This document shows, piece by piece, positions 41,132 through 51,239 of a stretch of 64,000 nt of DNA. The position numbers and the translations under genes were made by a program. The stretch covers positions 608,001 to 672,000 of the forward strand of contig JBMNIF010000003.1 in assembly GCA_050950765.1 (NCBI GenBank). The letters are read 5' to 3'. Source of the DNA: Bdellovibrionota bacterium. GTDB lineage: Bacteria > Bdellovibrionota_C > UBA2361 > JAAYZI01. Position 1 is the stretch's first letter; every line of letters begins with the position of its first letter. The notes beneath the pieces were generated by a model. That model searched no databases. It was not told the origin of the DNA and worked only from the letters and a program-made list of their open reading frames with translations.

Positions 41132-41638
41132 ACTATAAAAAAAACGGGAATTTAGGAAACTTTGTAGTGTCAATCACTCTAGTCACTTCAGATCTTAACG
41201 TATCAAACTCAATCTGTAATACTGACCTTTGCGATAAAGAATAAACGCCGTTTGCGCTCTGTTCTGCTAGCTCTGCCATCCGTTCACAGATAACACCCAA
41301 AGTCTCTAAACTGCTATCTGCGATTGAGGTAATAGAGATAGCGTCATTTGCATTTCTGATAGCGATAGTAGCTAAGCGCGTGTCAGATTTTAAAGCATCT
41401 GCGATAGATATCTCTGCAGCACCGTCTGAAGCAGAATTAAGTCTGGAACCTGAAGAAAGCCTCTCATACGTTGTTGAAAGAGAGCTTGTAATACGGCTTA
41501 GTTTTGTTTGAGCCTTAAGCGATGGGATATTAGAATTAAACGACACCGACGTCATGTCATAAACTCCTTTTTATTTTATTACTCGATACCCTCATCAAGT
41601 AATAACAACTAACTCTCCATTCCTACGCTTGATATTTA

Positions 41639-41665
41639 TTAACGACACTATTTAAAAAATCATTA
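41639..41665 (-). promoter_or_regulatory. Possible sigma-28 (FliA) promoter of flagellin
   Basis: TAAT-N15-GTCGTTAA on the minus strand versus consensus TAAA-N15-GCCGATAA. Confidence 0.35.
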
Positions 41666-41764
41666 CAAACTGACGCTAAAAAATTATTTGATGCGATTTT
41701 TTTAGTAGATCTCACCCTATCAATTTTTAAATAAAAACTACTTAATCTGCATTAAAAAGATCAA

Positions 41765-42913
41765 TTATTTACAGGTGTTATCTTGAGGTGGTGACAGTTT
41801 TGGAAGCACTACCAAGAGTCTAGCGGGTCTATAAAGGTGCCCTGCGATTAACTCACTCTCTTCTCCGTATCCGATAAAGTAATCTGCTCTTTTTTCGCCT
41901 TTAATGGCGATGCCGGAATCTTGATTTAAAACAAAGCGAGTAAACGGTTTCCAACCACTAAAATCGCCCGCTTCATTGAAGGTGGGCTCTTCCGACTTTA
42001 AAAGAAGCAGGGCTCCTTTCGGGAAGATCTTTTGATCAAGCGCCACACTCCGTTTAGGTGTTAATGTCTCTCCCAAACTTCCGATAGGTCCGTTCTGCAC
42101 ACGTTGAAAAAAGATATAGCGGGGATTATAAGAAAAAACCGATCTCATACGTTGCGGATTCTCTTTTAAGTATTGTGTGATCGCCTGCATTGAGATCTTC
42201 CCAGATTTAATAGACTTCTCTTGCATCAATTTTTTTGCGATAGCTTTATAAGCGTGTCCGTTATTATCACCGTATTGAATATCTATAATTTCGCCATCAG
42301 GCATCTGAAGTTTTCCCGAGCCTTGAATATGCAAAAAAAAGAGCTTGATCGGATCATCTGTCCAAGCCAATTCAAGATCTTTACCCGCCAGAACTTTCTC
42401 AAAATCGATCGCTTCACGCGAATAATACCTCCCATTTTTAAGTTTTTTTTCTTTCAGATCAGGCGGCACCTTGTAGATCGGATATTTAAAACGTTCATCT
42501 TTTGTGAATGAACCGTTTAATTCAGCTTCAAAATATCCCGTTAAGCGGAGATCTCCCGAGACATCATGCAGATCATAATTATCTTTGATATGTTGATAAA
42601 AAGAGGGCGTTAAACCGAACTCAACTAGCTTCTCATGAATATCAGCGAGGCTCTGCTTCAGATCTCTTCTTCTGACATTACGTTTATCAAAAACAACGGC
42701 ATTTTTAGGCTCTTTCTCAAAAAATGCTAAACTGCTTTGGATGGCTGTTGCTAATGACTCTTTAGAAAGATCATCCTCAACACAGTAGTTGTTGACTATC
42801 TCTGCCGAAAGATCTGCAGGGAGTGCAGATAATATCAGAAGAGAAAAAAGAAGGGAGAGAAACCTCCTATTTTGTGTGCGCTTACAAACCTTCACCGTTT
42901 TGATCATTATCAT
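41765..42913 (-). CDS. mltA: Membrane-bound lytic murein transglycosylase A
   Basis: TGYFE, FFLHIQGSG, NGHAYKAI, NPRYIFF, QDSGIAIKG..RADYFIGYG. Confidence 0.9.
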   Translation of the reverse strand: MIMIKTVKVCKRTQNRRFLSLLFSLLILSALPADLSAEIVNNYCVEDDLSKESLATAIQSSLAFFEKEPKNAVVFDKRNVRRRDLKQSLADIHEKLVEFGLTPSFYQHIKDNYDLHDVSGDLRLTGYFEAELNGSFTKDERFKYPIYKVPPDLKEKKLKNGRYYSREAIDFEKVLAGKDLELAWTDDPIKLFFLHIQGSGKLQMPDGEIIDIQYGDNNGHAYKAIAKKLMQEKSIKSGKISMQAITQYLKENPQRMRSVFSYNPRYIFFQRVQNGPIGSLGETLTPKRSVALDQKIFPKGALLLLKSEEPTFNEAGDFSGWKPFTRFVLNQDSGIAIKGEKRADYFIGYGEESELIAGHLYRPARLLVVLPKLSPPQDNTCK

Positions 42914-43661
42914 TATTTAGATTTCGTTCCTTATAGGTAAATTTTACTATCACGATACTCAAAGCATACAATAGCAGAAGTGGACCCGCCATTAAAAGTT
43001 GTGTCAGAACATCCGGCGGAGTTAAGATAGCGGCTACAATAAAAATAACTACACACGACACACGAAACCAACGCAACAACATTAAATGATTTAAAAGCCC
43101 TGCACGTGCCAATAAGAACGCTAATACAGGCACTTCAAAAATAAAACCGAAGGCAAGTAAGATCATAATAACGAAAGAGAGTAGCTCGCTGATCCTAATC
43201 TGTGGAACGATATCGAGGGATCGATACTGTTCGTAAAAAAAATCAAAGGCAAATGGCAAAACAGAGTAGTAGCAGAAAAAAGCTCCGACTAAAAAAAGCA
43301 CGGTACTACTTAGCACGAAAGGGATAAGTAATTTTTTTTCAGAAGCGTATAAGCCTGGGGTAATAAACAACCACAAATGATAAAAGATAATCGGCAAACT
43401 TAATAAAATACCGGAAAAAATAGCCGTTTTTAATTTTAAAATAAACGCCTCCGCTGGCCCCGTTCCGATAATACTTTGCGGTGGAAAAACGGAGATAAAA
43501 GGTTTGGTCAAAATTGTCAGTAAAAGATCTGCAAAGCAAAACCCAACTATCGTAAATAGTGCCACCGTTACAACACAATAGATAAGCCGTCTTCTGAGCT
43601 CTCCTAAATGTTGCAAAAGCGGCATATCGCTGCGACTATTTGATAACATCGCCTGATTCAT
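42882..43661 (-). CDS. tatC: Twin-arginine translocase subunit TatC
   Basis: MPLLQHLGELRRRL, WLFITPGLYASEK, FGFIFEVP, AAILTPPD. Confidence 0.96.
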   Translation of the reverse strand: MNQAMLSNSRSDMPLLQHLGELRRRLIYCVVTVALFTIVGFCFADLLLTILTKPFISVFPPQSIIGTGPAEAFILKLKTAIFSGILLSLPIIFYHLWLFITPGLYASEKKLLIPFVLSSTVLFLVGAFFCYYSVLPFAFDFFYEQYRSLDIVPQIRISELLSFVIMILLAFGFIFEVPVLAFLLARAGLLNHLMLLRWFRVSCVVIFIVAAILTPPDVLTQLLMAGPLLLLYALSIVIVKFTYKERNLNNDNDQNGEGL

Positions 43662-43884
43662 CCTTATCCACTGTAATCAATTCCTGATCGTCGAAGGTGT
43701 TTTTTAGAGGCGCTTCAATTTCGATAGCTTTTTTTAATTCGTCTTTAATTTCGTTTGTTTTACGATTAAATTCCCTTAAAGCTTTCCCCATAGAGTTTGC
43801 TATCTGCGGCAACTTATCAGGACCGAATACGATCAAAATGATCAAAAAGATAACTATTAATTCAGAAAAGCTGATCCCAAACAT
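43636..43884 (-). CDS. tatB: Twin-arginine translocase subunit TatB/TatA
   Basis: MFGISFSELIVI...FGPDKLP; directly upstream of tatC. Confidence 0.88.
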   Translation of the reverse strand: MFGISFSELIVIFLIILIVFGPDKLPQIANSMGKALREFNRKTNEIKDELKKAIEIEAPLKNTFDDQELITVDKDESGDVIK

Positions 43885-43948
43885 CTGATAACGATCTTAA
43901 ATTTGACAAGAATTAGACCCGTTACAAACCGACCTTAGAAGAAAGGTG

Positions 43949-44025
43949 TGGTCGGGGTGAGAAGATTTGAACTTCCGACCTCACGGTCCCGAACCGTGCG
44001 CTCTACCAGACTGAGCTACACCCCG
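43949..44025 (-). tRNA. tRNA-Pro(CGG)
   Basis: Cloverleaf CGGGGTG...CACGG-TTCGGGA-CCGTG...GTTCAAATC...CACCCCGACCA; CCA encoded. Confidence 0.95.
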
Positions 44026-44217
44026 CACTGCGAGGTTGTTTTTTACGCTGTGCCTGTCATAAAGTCAAATTATTCTTAATAGTAATGGCTCGATAAGCGA
44101 GAAAAGGTACAAAAATAGAGATTAACTTGCGATGATGCTAATATCGTCGCTAAAGCATCTTCTAAGCTAACTATAATAACAATAGTTACAAATAGTTATT
44201 ACAAAGGAATTAGTCCC

Positions 44218-44964
44218 ATGTCGGAAATTATAGTTTTTGATTTTGATGGAGTATTACTCGATTCACGTAGAGAGATAATAGTAACGGGGTTTAATCTAAA
44301 CAGTGATAAGCCCGTAAAAAAATTGTCAGATGTAGAACCGTCTTTTCGATCTTTTATGGAGAAGAAGATAAGCTTTGCAAGAAACGGCGGTGAAACTTCT
44401 GCGCTAGCAAGTTTAGCGCATCAAAACCCTTTTTCAGAGATAACACGGAGTGAATTTGATCAATACGTTATTTCTCTACAAGAAAAGGGGGAATTACTAA
44501 AAATTCAAAAAGATTTCTTTGAAGCAAGACGTCGTTTTCTCAATTCTGATAAAGGTGCTTGGCTTGCATTAAATGAACCGCACCACCCCCTTTGGAAGGT
44601 TCTCTGCACAAAGATGCAGGGAGAGATTATTATTTTAACTTATAAAAATCACGATGCCGTCACTGAACTGTGCAACTATTTCGGTTTAAACGTTGGTAAA
44701 GTTTATTCTATACAAAGCGGAACTAGCAAAGCCAAAGCCCTAGCAGAGATCGGAGTAGAAAAAAACGCCTCTCGTATTCACTTTGTTGACGATGCCTATC
44801 GTAACCTTTCTGAAATCAAAGCGGAGCTGAACAAAGAAGATCTCAACCTGCTTTGGGCCGATTGGGGCTACGGCTTTGAAGAAAAGATGTTCAATCCGAA
44901 GGTAGCTGGCATCTTGCGAACCTCGCAAGATGAATTGATAAAACTAATATTATCAATATATTAG
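44218..44964 (+). CDS. HAD-superfamily hydrolase
   Basis: FDFDGVLLDS, FVDD, ADWGY. Confidence 0.85.
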   Translation: MSEIIVFDFDGVLLDSRREIIVTGFNLNSDKPVKKLSDVEPSFRSFMEKKISFARNGGETSALASLAHQNPFSEITRSEFDQYVISLQEKGELLKIQKDFFEARRRFLNSDKGAWLALNEPHHPLWKVLCTKMQGEIIILTYKNHDAVTELCNYFGLNVGKVYSIQSGTSKAKALAEIGVEKNASRIHFVDDAYRNLSEIKAELNKEDLNLLWADWGYGFEEKMFNPKVAGILRTSQDELIKLILSIY

Positions 44965-45013
44965 AAAATAGTACTTTTTAAAGTTTTTCCACGAAAAGTA
45001 GAATTTAGGCAAC

Positions 45014-45118
45014 AAAAAAACCGCAATAAAAGCGGCTACTTAACGGATAACTAGGCGTGACCTTATCTGAATCATCAACGTATACAATATATATAACCAA
45101 AAAATAACTATTTGTCAA
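45014..45118 (-). ncRNA. Candidate small RNA unit (promoter, ~70-nt transcript, intrinsic terminator)
   Basis: Minus-strand TTGACA-N17-TATATA at 45118-45090 and hairpin GCCGC-TTTTATT-GCGGT followed by a T run ending near 45014; no ORF between them. Confidence 0.35.
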
Positions 45119-45185
45119 TAGGTTTTTTAAGTAGCTGTTTTTTCATAAAAATATCAGGCTAATTTTAAAGTTACTTTTTTAATAT

Positions 45186-45319
45186 TGCTAAGGTAGAGCT
45201 ACCTTTCGTGACCTCCGAATTTTTTGAAGTTTTAGCTCTGAAATATAAGAAGTTTTTTTAAAAGCGTTGGTTAGAAGGTGAAAGGTTTTTTACTTAAATG
45301 CTAAGGTAGAGCTACCTTT
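45186..45319. repeat. Two identical 21-bp copies containing the palindrome AAGGTAG-AG-CTACCTT (45186-45206, 45299-45319)
   Basis: TGCTAAGGTAGAGCTACCTTT twice, 113 bp apart. Confidence 0.8.
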
Positions 45320-45494
45320 ATCTTTACAAAAAATTCCATATTTCTAGCGCAATATGTTATACTCGACCCGTTCTTTAATTTTATTAATTTTTGTTTGTAA
45401 TTAAAATATAAATTAAAATCTATTTTTCCTCTTCTAAAGGGTTCTCCTAAAAGGGGTAAAGAACAGGTCTCGTAGTTTTTAGTAGTAAAAAGAT

Positions 45495-46964
45495 ATGCTT
45501 TCAAACGGAAACGGACTCCCTACACGGCAGTCGTTTGTATCAGCTGCAGATTGTCAGATCTGTCCCAACAATTTTACACCTGAAACGGTACTTGTAACTA
45601 TTGCACAATCAGACTTAAAGGATTGGCTAAAAAAGAGTGGAATTAATCTTAGTAATGAAGGAATTAATATCATCTTAAGATCGCTCGTTCATAACGAACG
45701 TATTGAAGAAGATCAGATACGGCAATTGAAGGAATTTCAAACCGCTTTTAATTTCGGAGAGAATCGTATTTTTACCTTGAACTTAGGAGCCACTCGTGTT
45801 TCGGGAAAAGAGAACCGCTCTTTCTTTTTAACATCTCCTTCTAATGCTCCTATGATTTTTCTCTCACGAAGTGAAGATCACCGTGATAATGATAATAATA
45901 TAACTCTCAAGCTCTCTTTAAACTCCATAAACTCTACTGAAACATCGTGGAAGATGGCATCAAATTTAGCCTTCTTGAGTGGCATCTGGCACTTGGAGGC
46001 AGCCCTTGAATCTGATTACACTGTGCGCATTACGCAGTTAAGTAGGAACGGAGTGGAAGATATATATCGTGCTGATTTTGGAGATGAGTTATTTATAGAT
46101 TTTAAAAGCAACTCCCCTTCACTTCCCGATAGATCACACTTTTCTCTAAGCCCCCGAGCGCAAAAACTTATCTGGGTTCCGAGTAGTATTCAACTTAGAG
46201 GACTCTCCCCAGAGGAAGAGACCCGTATATTTTCTCTTTTTAAATCTGAAGATCTAAGCGCCATTACACGATCAGGACTTTTTGATCTTATGAAAGAAAA
46301 AGTTCTAGGACTAGGTGATATTAGATCATCCGATTTTGAGAACTTACGATCTCTAAAAGAGGATTACCTTATGAAGGTGGCGTGGGATAGAACAATTAAG
46401 TTTAAACCATCTGATCTATTTAAGAGACCAGATCGTGAGTATGGTGGTTTTTTTGAAGAACCTGATAATGAATTCGGTGAAGAGTCTCAATTTAATTTAT
46501 CGAAAAAAGATTTCTTGCAACTCTACGGAGCATGGGGCAGAAAGGAGCTTGATGAAGAGTCCTTTTTTAATCACCCCGAGACTGGGAGGGGTTCTCCACA
46601 AAGCAGGGTAGAGATTATTAACAATGGCTCTTCTCACTGTTTGGATGTAGAGTTTGGAGAGGTCGAATTGTTTGTTAGTAATAGCCATAAGGAGGGAGCT
46701 TCTCACGTTATCTATTTAAGTGGAGAATATGATCCCTCAGAAAAACCTATCTGGGGGCTCTCTTTCAATAGTGGTGTTAATCCAGAAAGTCTTTGGGATC
46801 GTACTAATAGAATTGCAGACCTGCTTGGCTCTAACGATTTTCGTTCTGAGATCAACTTAATTGCAGAAGCACCTACCTATCTTGGAGGAGAGGTTGATGT
46901 ACATATTGGTAGAGGAGAAGACTCCGCTGTGATTACTTGCAAAGCAACCTTCGAAAGCTGTTAG
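45495..46964 (+). CDS. Hypothetical protein (acidic, soluble)
   Basis: 489-aa ORF; no family recognised. Confidence 0.75.
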   Translation: MLSNGNGLPTRQSFVSAADCQICPNNFTPETVLVTIAQSDLKDWLKKSGINLSNEGINIILRSLVHNERIEEDQIRQLKEFQTAFNFGENRIFTLNLGATRVSGKENRSFFLTSPSNAPMIFLSRSEDHRDNDNNITLKLSLNSINSTETSWKMASNLAFLSGIWHLEAALESDYTVRITQLSRNGVEDIYRADFGDELFIDFKSNSPSLPDRSHFSLSPRAQKLIWVPSSIQLRGLSPEEETRIFSLFKSEDLSAITRSGLFDLMKEKVLGLGDIRSSDFENLRSLKEDYLMKVAWDRTIKFKPSDLFKRPDREYGGFFEEPDNEFGEESQFNLSKKDFLQLYGAWGRKELDEESFFNHPETGRGSPQSRVEIINNGSSHCLDVEFGEVELFVSNSHKEGASHVIYLSGEYDPSEKPIWGLSFNSGVNPESLWDRTNRIADLLGSNDFRSEINLIAEAPTYLGGEVDVHIGRGEDSAVITCKATFESC

Positions 46965-47142
46965 CACCCCTTTTAAAAGCGCTACACAACTTTAACCTCA
47001 CTACAACAGAGATGAAGACGGCGTAGGTCACCGTTTGATCCACTCTGCTCTATTCTTATTAAATCGTTAATTCCTGTTGGAGCGGAGAAGATTTAGACGC
47101 ATACCTCTTAATTAAAACATACCTCTTAATTAAAATAGTAGA

Positions 47143-49842
47143 CTAATCCAGCCCTGCTTTAAATTCCAACAACTTTTGTTGTGCTGCTGCATACTCTGCA
47201 CCTTTTTTACGTGTCTCTTCAACGACACTCTCTGGCGCTGAAGAGATAAAAGCTTCATTACTTAGCTGTTTAGCAGTTCCAGCGATAGCTTTATCCAGTT
47301 CTGCCAATTTTTTATTGATCTTCTCTCTTAAAGCTTCCAGATTTAGATCTTCCGGCAATTTAAAATAAGCGATACCGCCACTAAAACGAGCCGGTACATG
47401 GTGTGTTGGGATCTTGCCCTGCTCAGCCGTTGTAATAGGATCCAAAACCCCTATGGTTTGCGTGGCACCTTTACAAAGTTCAAAACGTGCGGCGGCAGCA
47501 CTATCCGTATAATTAATCTTCACAGCTAAAGGTTGCTTCGGAGGAAGTTGCAAGTAATGACGCAACTCTCGCGCCTCTTTTACTATTGAAAAGAGCATAT
47601 CTAACGTCGCTTCCGCCTCTTCATTACGCGGAAACTCTGAAGCTTGCGGCCACGTTGCTAAAGCTAAACACTCCGCTTTACCCTCAGGCTCAATCGCTCC
47701 CATAGACCTAAGGATCTGCCACAACTCTTCAGTTACAAACGGCACATAGAGGTGCAGAAGTTTTAAAAGATTAACTTGACAATAGAGCGCAACACGTAGA
47801 GCTTTTTCAGCCTCTGCCCCCTCTTGACGCAACCTCGCTTTAATCAACTCCAGATACCAGTCGCAATATTCATTTCTAAAGAAATTTACAACCACCTCAA
47901 AAGCATGGGTGTAATCGCTCTGATTTAACAACTCATCATGCGTTGTTACGGCATAGCCAAACCTTGAGATAATCCAAGCATCTTCAATAGAACAATCTGT
48001 CATCTGCGGTTTTTCAAACTTAATAGGAGTCTTTTGAAGTTGCAGCATGATTAAACGGTAGGCGTTCCAAATTTTCGTTACAAAGGCGCGCCCTTCCTGA
48101 AAAATACGATCAGTTAATTTAATATCCTGTCGTCCCATCGGGTAGTGTTGCGCTATTGAAGCACGAATGGCATCTGTGCCGTACTCATCAAAAAGAGTTA
48201 ACGGATCTGGTGAGTTCCCCAACGACTTCGAAAGTTTGCGATTATGCTCATCTCTAGCAATCCCGTGCAGTGATAAAGACCTGAAAGGAACATCTCCCGT
48301 CAACTCTAACCCTGCCATGATCATGCGAGCATCCCAGAAGAAGATAATATCACGTCCTGACATCAACCAAGTGTTAGGATACCAAAACTTAAATTCAGGC
48401 GTTTCATCAGGCCAACCCAAAGTCGAAAACGGCCAAAGTTGTGATGAAAACCACGTATCAAGCACGTCTTCATCTTGATGGATCTGCGTAGATCCGCATT
48501 TTGAACACTTTTGGGGCGCTTCCGCAGCCACCATAACCTCTTCACACTCATCACAATAATAAACCGGAATACGGTGTCCCCACCACAACTGCCGCGAGAT
48601 ACACCAATCTTGAATATTATCCATCCAATTAAAATAATCGTGTTTCTCTGAATCAGGTGTGATCGTAATTCTACCATCCAAAACAGCCTGTTTTGCCTTC
48701 TCAGCCAGTGATTTCATTTTAACAAACCACTGCTTACTGACGCGCGGCTCTATCGCCGTATTACACCGATAACAGGTACCAACGGAGTGAGAATACGGCT
48801 CGATCTTCTCTAAAAATCCGAGAGCCTCTAAGTCGGCAACGATCTTCTTTCTCGCTTCAAAACGATCCAGCCCAGCATAAACTCCCGTCTCCGCAGACAT
48901 CTTTCCATCATCATCAATAACGGAGATAAGCTCTAAGTTATGCGTCAGCCCCATCTGATAATCGTTAGGATCATGCGCTGGTGTAACCTTAACAAGCCCT
49001 GTTCCGAAAGCAGGATCAACAAATTCATCAGCAAAGATCGGGATCTCTCGATTCACCAACGGCAAAAGCACCTTCTTGCCGATAAGATCTTGATAGCGCT
49101 TGTCATCAGGATTAACCGCCACACCACTATCACCCAACATCGTTTCAGGACGAGTGGTTGCAATTATAATGTAATCATTGCCTGCCGCATCCGTAGCATC
49201 TATCAACGGATACCTTAAGTGCCACAAGTTGCTCTTCTGATCTTGATGTTCAACTTCGTCATTCGCCAACGCCGTACCACAACGTGGACACCAATTGATC
49301 ATTCGCTTACCACGATAGATCAACCCTCTTTCATAATAAGTTATAAACGCTTTTCGTACCGCACGACTTAACTGTTCATCCATCGTGAAGCGTTCTCGAG
49401 ACCAATCGCACGAGCAACCCAAGCGCTTTAATTGATTAATGATAATGCTGCCGTGATCCTCACGCCACTTCCAAACACGCTTAACGAACTCTTCTCTCCC
49501 CAAGTCATACTTGGTTAAACCCTCTTTTTTCAACTCTCTTTCAACAACATTCTGCGTGGCGATCCCAGCGTGATCCGTACCTGGAATCCAGACCGCAGCA
49601 AAACCACGCATCCTGTGCCAACGCGTCATAACATCTTGCGGCAAGTTATCGAGAACATGCCCCATGTGCAAAATACCTGTCACATTCGGCGGCGGAATAA
49701 CTACACAAAACGGTTTTTTTGAACTATCGGGAGTAGCACTAAAGACTTTTTTCTCTTCCCACATAGCATAGATTCGTTTTTCTGCTTCTGTATGCTCAAA
49801 TTGTTTTGCCAATTCTGATTGGCTTGGAAGTTCTGTTGTCAT
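47143..49842 (-). CDS. valS: Valine--tRNA ligase
   Basis: PPPNVTGILHMGH, DHAGIATQ, DWCISRQLWWGH, DVLDTWFSS, KLSKS, C-terminal coiled coil. Confidence 0.97.
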   Translation of the reverse strand: MTTELPSQSELAKQFEHTEAEKRIYAMWEEKKVFSATPDSSKKPFCVVIPPPNVTGILHMGHVLDNLPQDVMTRWHRMRGFAAVWIPGTDHAGIATQNVVERELKKEGLTKYDLGREEFVKRVWKWREDHGSIIINQLKRLGCSCDWSRERFTMDEQLSRAVRKAFITYYERGLIYRGKRMINWCPRCGTALANDEVEHQDQKSNLWHLRYPLIDATDAAGNDYIIIATTRPETMLGDSGVAVNPDDKRYQDLIGKKVLLPLVNREIPIFADEFVDPAFGTGLVKVTPAHDPNDYQMGLTHNLELISVIDDDGKMSAETGVYAGLDRFEARKKIVADLEALGFLEKIEPYSHSVGTCYRCNTAIEPRVSKQWFVKMKSLAEKAKQAVLDGRITITPDSEKHDYFNWMDNIQDWCISRQLWWGHRIPVYYCDECEEVMVAAEAPQKCSKCGSTQIHQDEDVLDTWFSSQLWPFSTLGWPDETPEFKFWYPNTWLMSGRDIIFFWDARMIMAGLELTGDVPFRSLSLHGIARDEHNRKLSKSLGNSPDPLTLFDEYGTDAIRASIAQHYPMGRQDIKLTDRIFQEGRAFVTKIWNAYRLIMLQLQKTPIKFEKPQMTDCSIEDAWIISRFGYAVTTHDELLNQSDYTHAFEVVVNFFRNEYCDWYLELIKARLRQEGAEAEKALRVALYCQVNLLKLLHLYVPFVTEELWQILRSMGAIEPEGKAECLALATWPQASEFPRNEEAEATLDMLFSIVKEARELRHYLQLPPKQPLAVKINYTDSAAAARFELCKGATQTIGVLDPITTAEQGKIPTHHVPARFSGGIAYFKLPEDLNLEALREKINKKLAELDKAIAGTAKQLSNEAFISSAPESVVEETRKKGAEYAAAQQKLLEFKAGLD

Positions 49843-49949
49843 TATTTATTACCTAATATTTTATATGAAAAGGATCCCTCTTCTAACCTAAGATTGCGGC
49901 AGTTATAACACAAAATAGCGTTGTGTCACATTATGGGATCTCCCCCGCA

Positions 49950-50906
49950 TCACCCCAGTTCAAGCATCCTCTTAAGTGGGATTAACGCCTGTTTACGTAA
50001 CTCCTCAGGGATAGTTACCTCAAAGACCTCTTCTTGCAAGGAGGTTAAAATTTTATCTAAAGAGCACTTGCGCATCTCAGCACAAACAGCACCGTCCGTC
50101 TCCCCTCCTGCAGGTAGGGCGATAAAAGTTTTTTCAGGTGAGCTCTTTCTCATCTGATGCAAAACACCTGCTTCAGTTACAACGATAAAAGACTCGCCAC
50201 GCTCTTTAGTAAATTTCAACATATCAGTAGTTGAACCAACAAAATCCGCCAGATCTAAAACACTCTTTTTACACTCCGGATGAACTAAGACTAAAGCTTG
50301 CGGATGTTGCTCTTTCAACTTCAATATGTGTGCACCATCAAAGCTATCGTGTAGATCACAACAACCATCCCAAAGCACCATTTTACGCCCTGTTTTTGCC
50401 ATTAAATATGCGCCTAAGTTTTTATCAGGTCCAAACAAGATCGGCTGTTCAGAGGGGATTGAATTTATAACTTTTAACGCATTGGCTGAGGTGCATAAGA
50501 TATCACTAAGCGCTTTAACCTCCACGCTGCAATTAACATAAGTAACTTTTACATGGTCTGGGTACCGCACTATAAAATCACTATAACGGTGCGCACTACA
50601 ACTATCTGCTAAAGAGCATCCAGCATCTAGATCAGGAATTAAAACTTTCTTCTGAGGGTTAAGGATCTTCGCCGTTTCCGCCATAAAACGCACACCGGCT
50701 AAAACTATGATCTCCGCCTCTGACCTCTCTCCACTCTGCGCTAACCCTAAACTATCACCAATATAATCAGCAACGTCCTGCACAACTCCATCTTGGTAAT
50801 AATGCGCCATTATAATACCGTTTTTTTGACGTTTTAATTTAAAAATTGCGTCACTTATCTCAAGAACATCAGATGCGGTATTTATACGGGATTTCATGGC
50901 GCGCAA
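49950..50906 (-). CDS. nadA: Quinolinate synthase
   Basis: AHYYQ, GDSLGLA, GVRFMAETAKILNP, AGCSLA, YVNCS, HPEC. Confidence 0.96.
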   Translation of the reverse strand: MRAMKSRINTASDVLEISDAIFKLKRQKNGIIMAHYYQDGVVQDVADYIGDSLGLAQSGERSEAEIIVLAGVRFMAETAKILNPQKKVLIPDLDAGCSLADSCSAHRYSDFIVRYPDHVKVTYVNCSVEVKALSDILCTSANALKVINSIPSEQPILFGPDKNLGAYLMAKTGRKMVLWDGCCDLHDSFDGAHILKLKEQHPQALVLVHPECKKSVLDLADFVGSTTDMLKFTKERGESFIVVTEAGVLHQMRKSSPEKTFIALPAGGETDGAVCAEMRKCSLDKILTSLQEEVFEVTIPEELRKQALIPLKRMLELG

Positions 50907-51043
50907 TATACTACGGGTTATTTAATTTAGCCAATTTCAATTTACCTTCACCACTATTACATTATTACAAGCCTCTTAAAACCATCTTGTAATAACCCCC
51001 ACTTAAAAACCTCGACATTACACCCACTAACGGTATTTTTTCG

Positions 51044-51156
51044 CCCCAAAAAAGGTTTTTACGATCCCTTGTTATTACCCTTTTCCCAGATTGAGAAGAA
51101 TTCAACAATCAATCCACCTTCACCCCAAAAAAAGGTTTTTACGATCCCTTGTTATT
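51044..51156. repeat. 33/34-bp direct repeat in the nadA-murA divergent intergenic region
   Basis: CCCCA(6-7)GGTTTTTACGATCCCTTGTTATT at 51044-51076 and 51123-51156. Confidence 0.8.
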
Positions 51157-51239
51157 GTCTTATCTACTTAAATGTATTAAGGATTACTTTCTACCTGCGC
51201 AATAGTTTTTGTGCAGCCTGAGGGGGAAGAAAAATTACG

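Larger units (their letters stand above)
39310..41156 (+). mobile_element. IS1634-family insertion sequence, 1847 bp
   Basis: 26-bp terminal IRs (CCTAAATTCCCGTTTTTT..TAGTC, 24/26 match); 7-bp direct repeat AAACTTT at 39303-39309 and 41157-41163; visibly more AT-rich than flanking genes. Confidence 0.92.
38877..41555 (-). pseudogene. fliC: Flagellin gene interrupted by an IS (N-part 41157..41555, C-part 38877..39302)
   Basis: N-part: ERLSSGSRLNSASD, AIRNANDAIS, RMAELAEQSANG. C-part: RGSLGAVQNRL, AESRIRDSDIAQE, QANAQP. Removing the IS rejoins VIDTTKF|NGTTLF in frame (274 aa). Confidence 0.93.

Noticed and set aside
38877..41555. Two separate genuine flagellin-domain genes (140 aa and 153 aa)
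   Set aside because: Their ends (PKFPFFL and MDYIKNGNLG) are read from the IS inverted repeats; they are halves of one gene.
41552..41560. Two-codon mini-ORF (ATG ACA TGA) overlapping the flagellin start
   Set aside because: It is only 3 nt from the AAGGAG RBS, whereas the flagellin ATG has normal spacing; probably chance.
45301..45504. 67-aa minus-strand ORF
   Set aside because: AT-rich, no RBS or motif, and it overlaps the start of the 45495 gene and a palindromic repeat.
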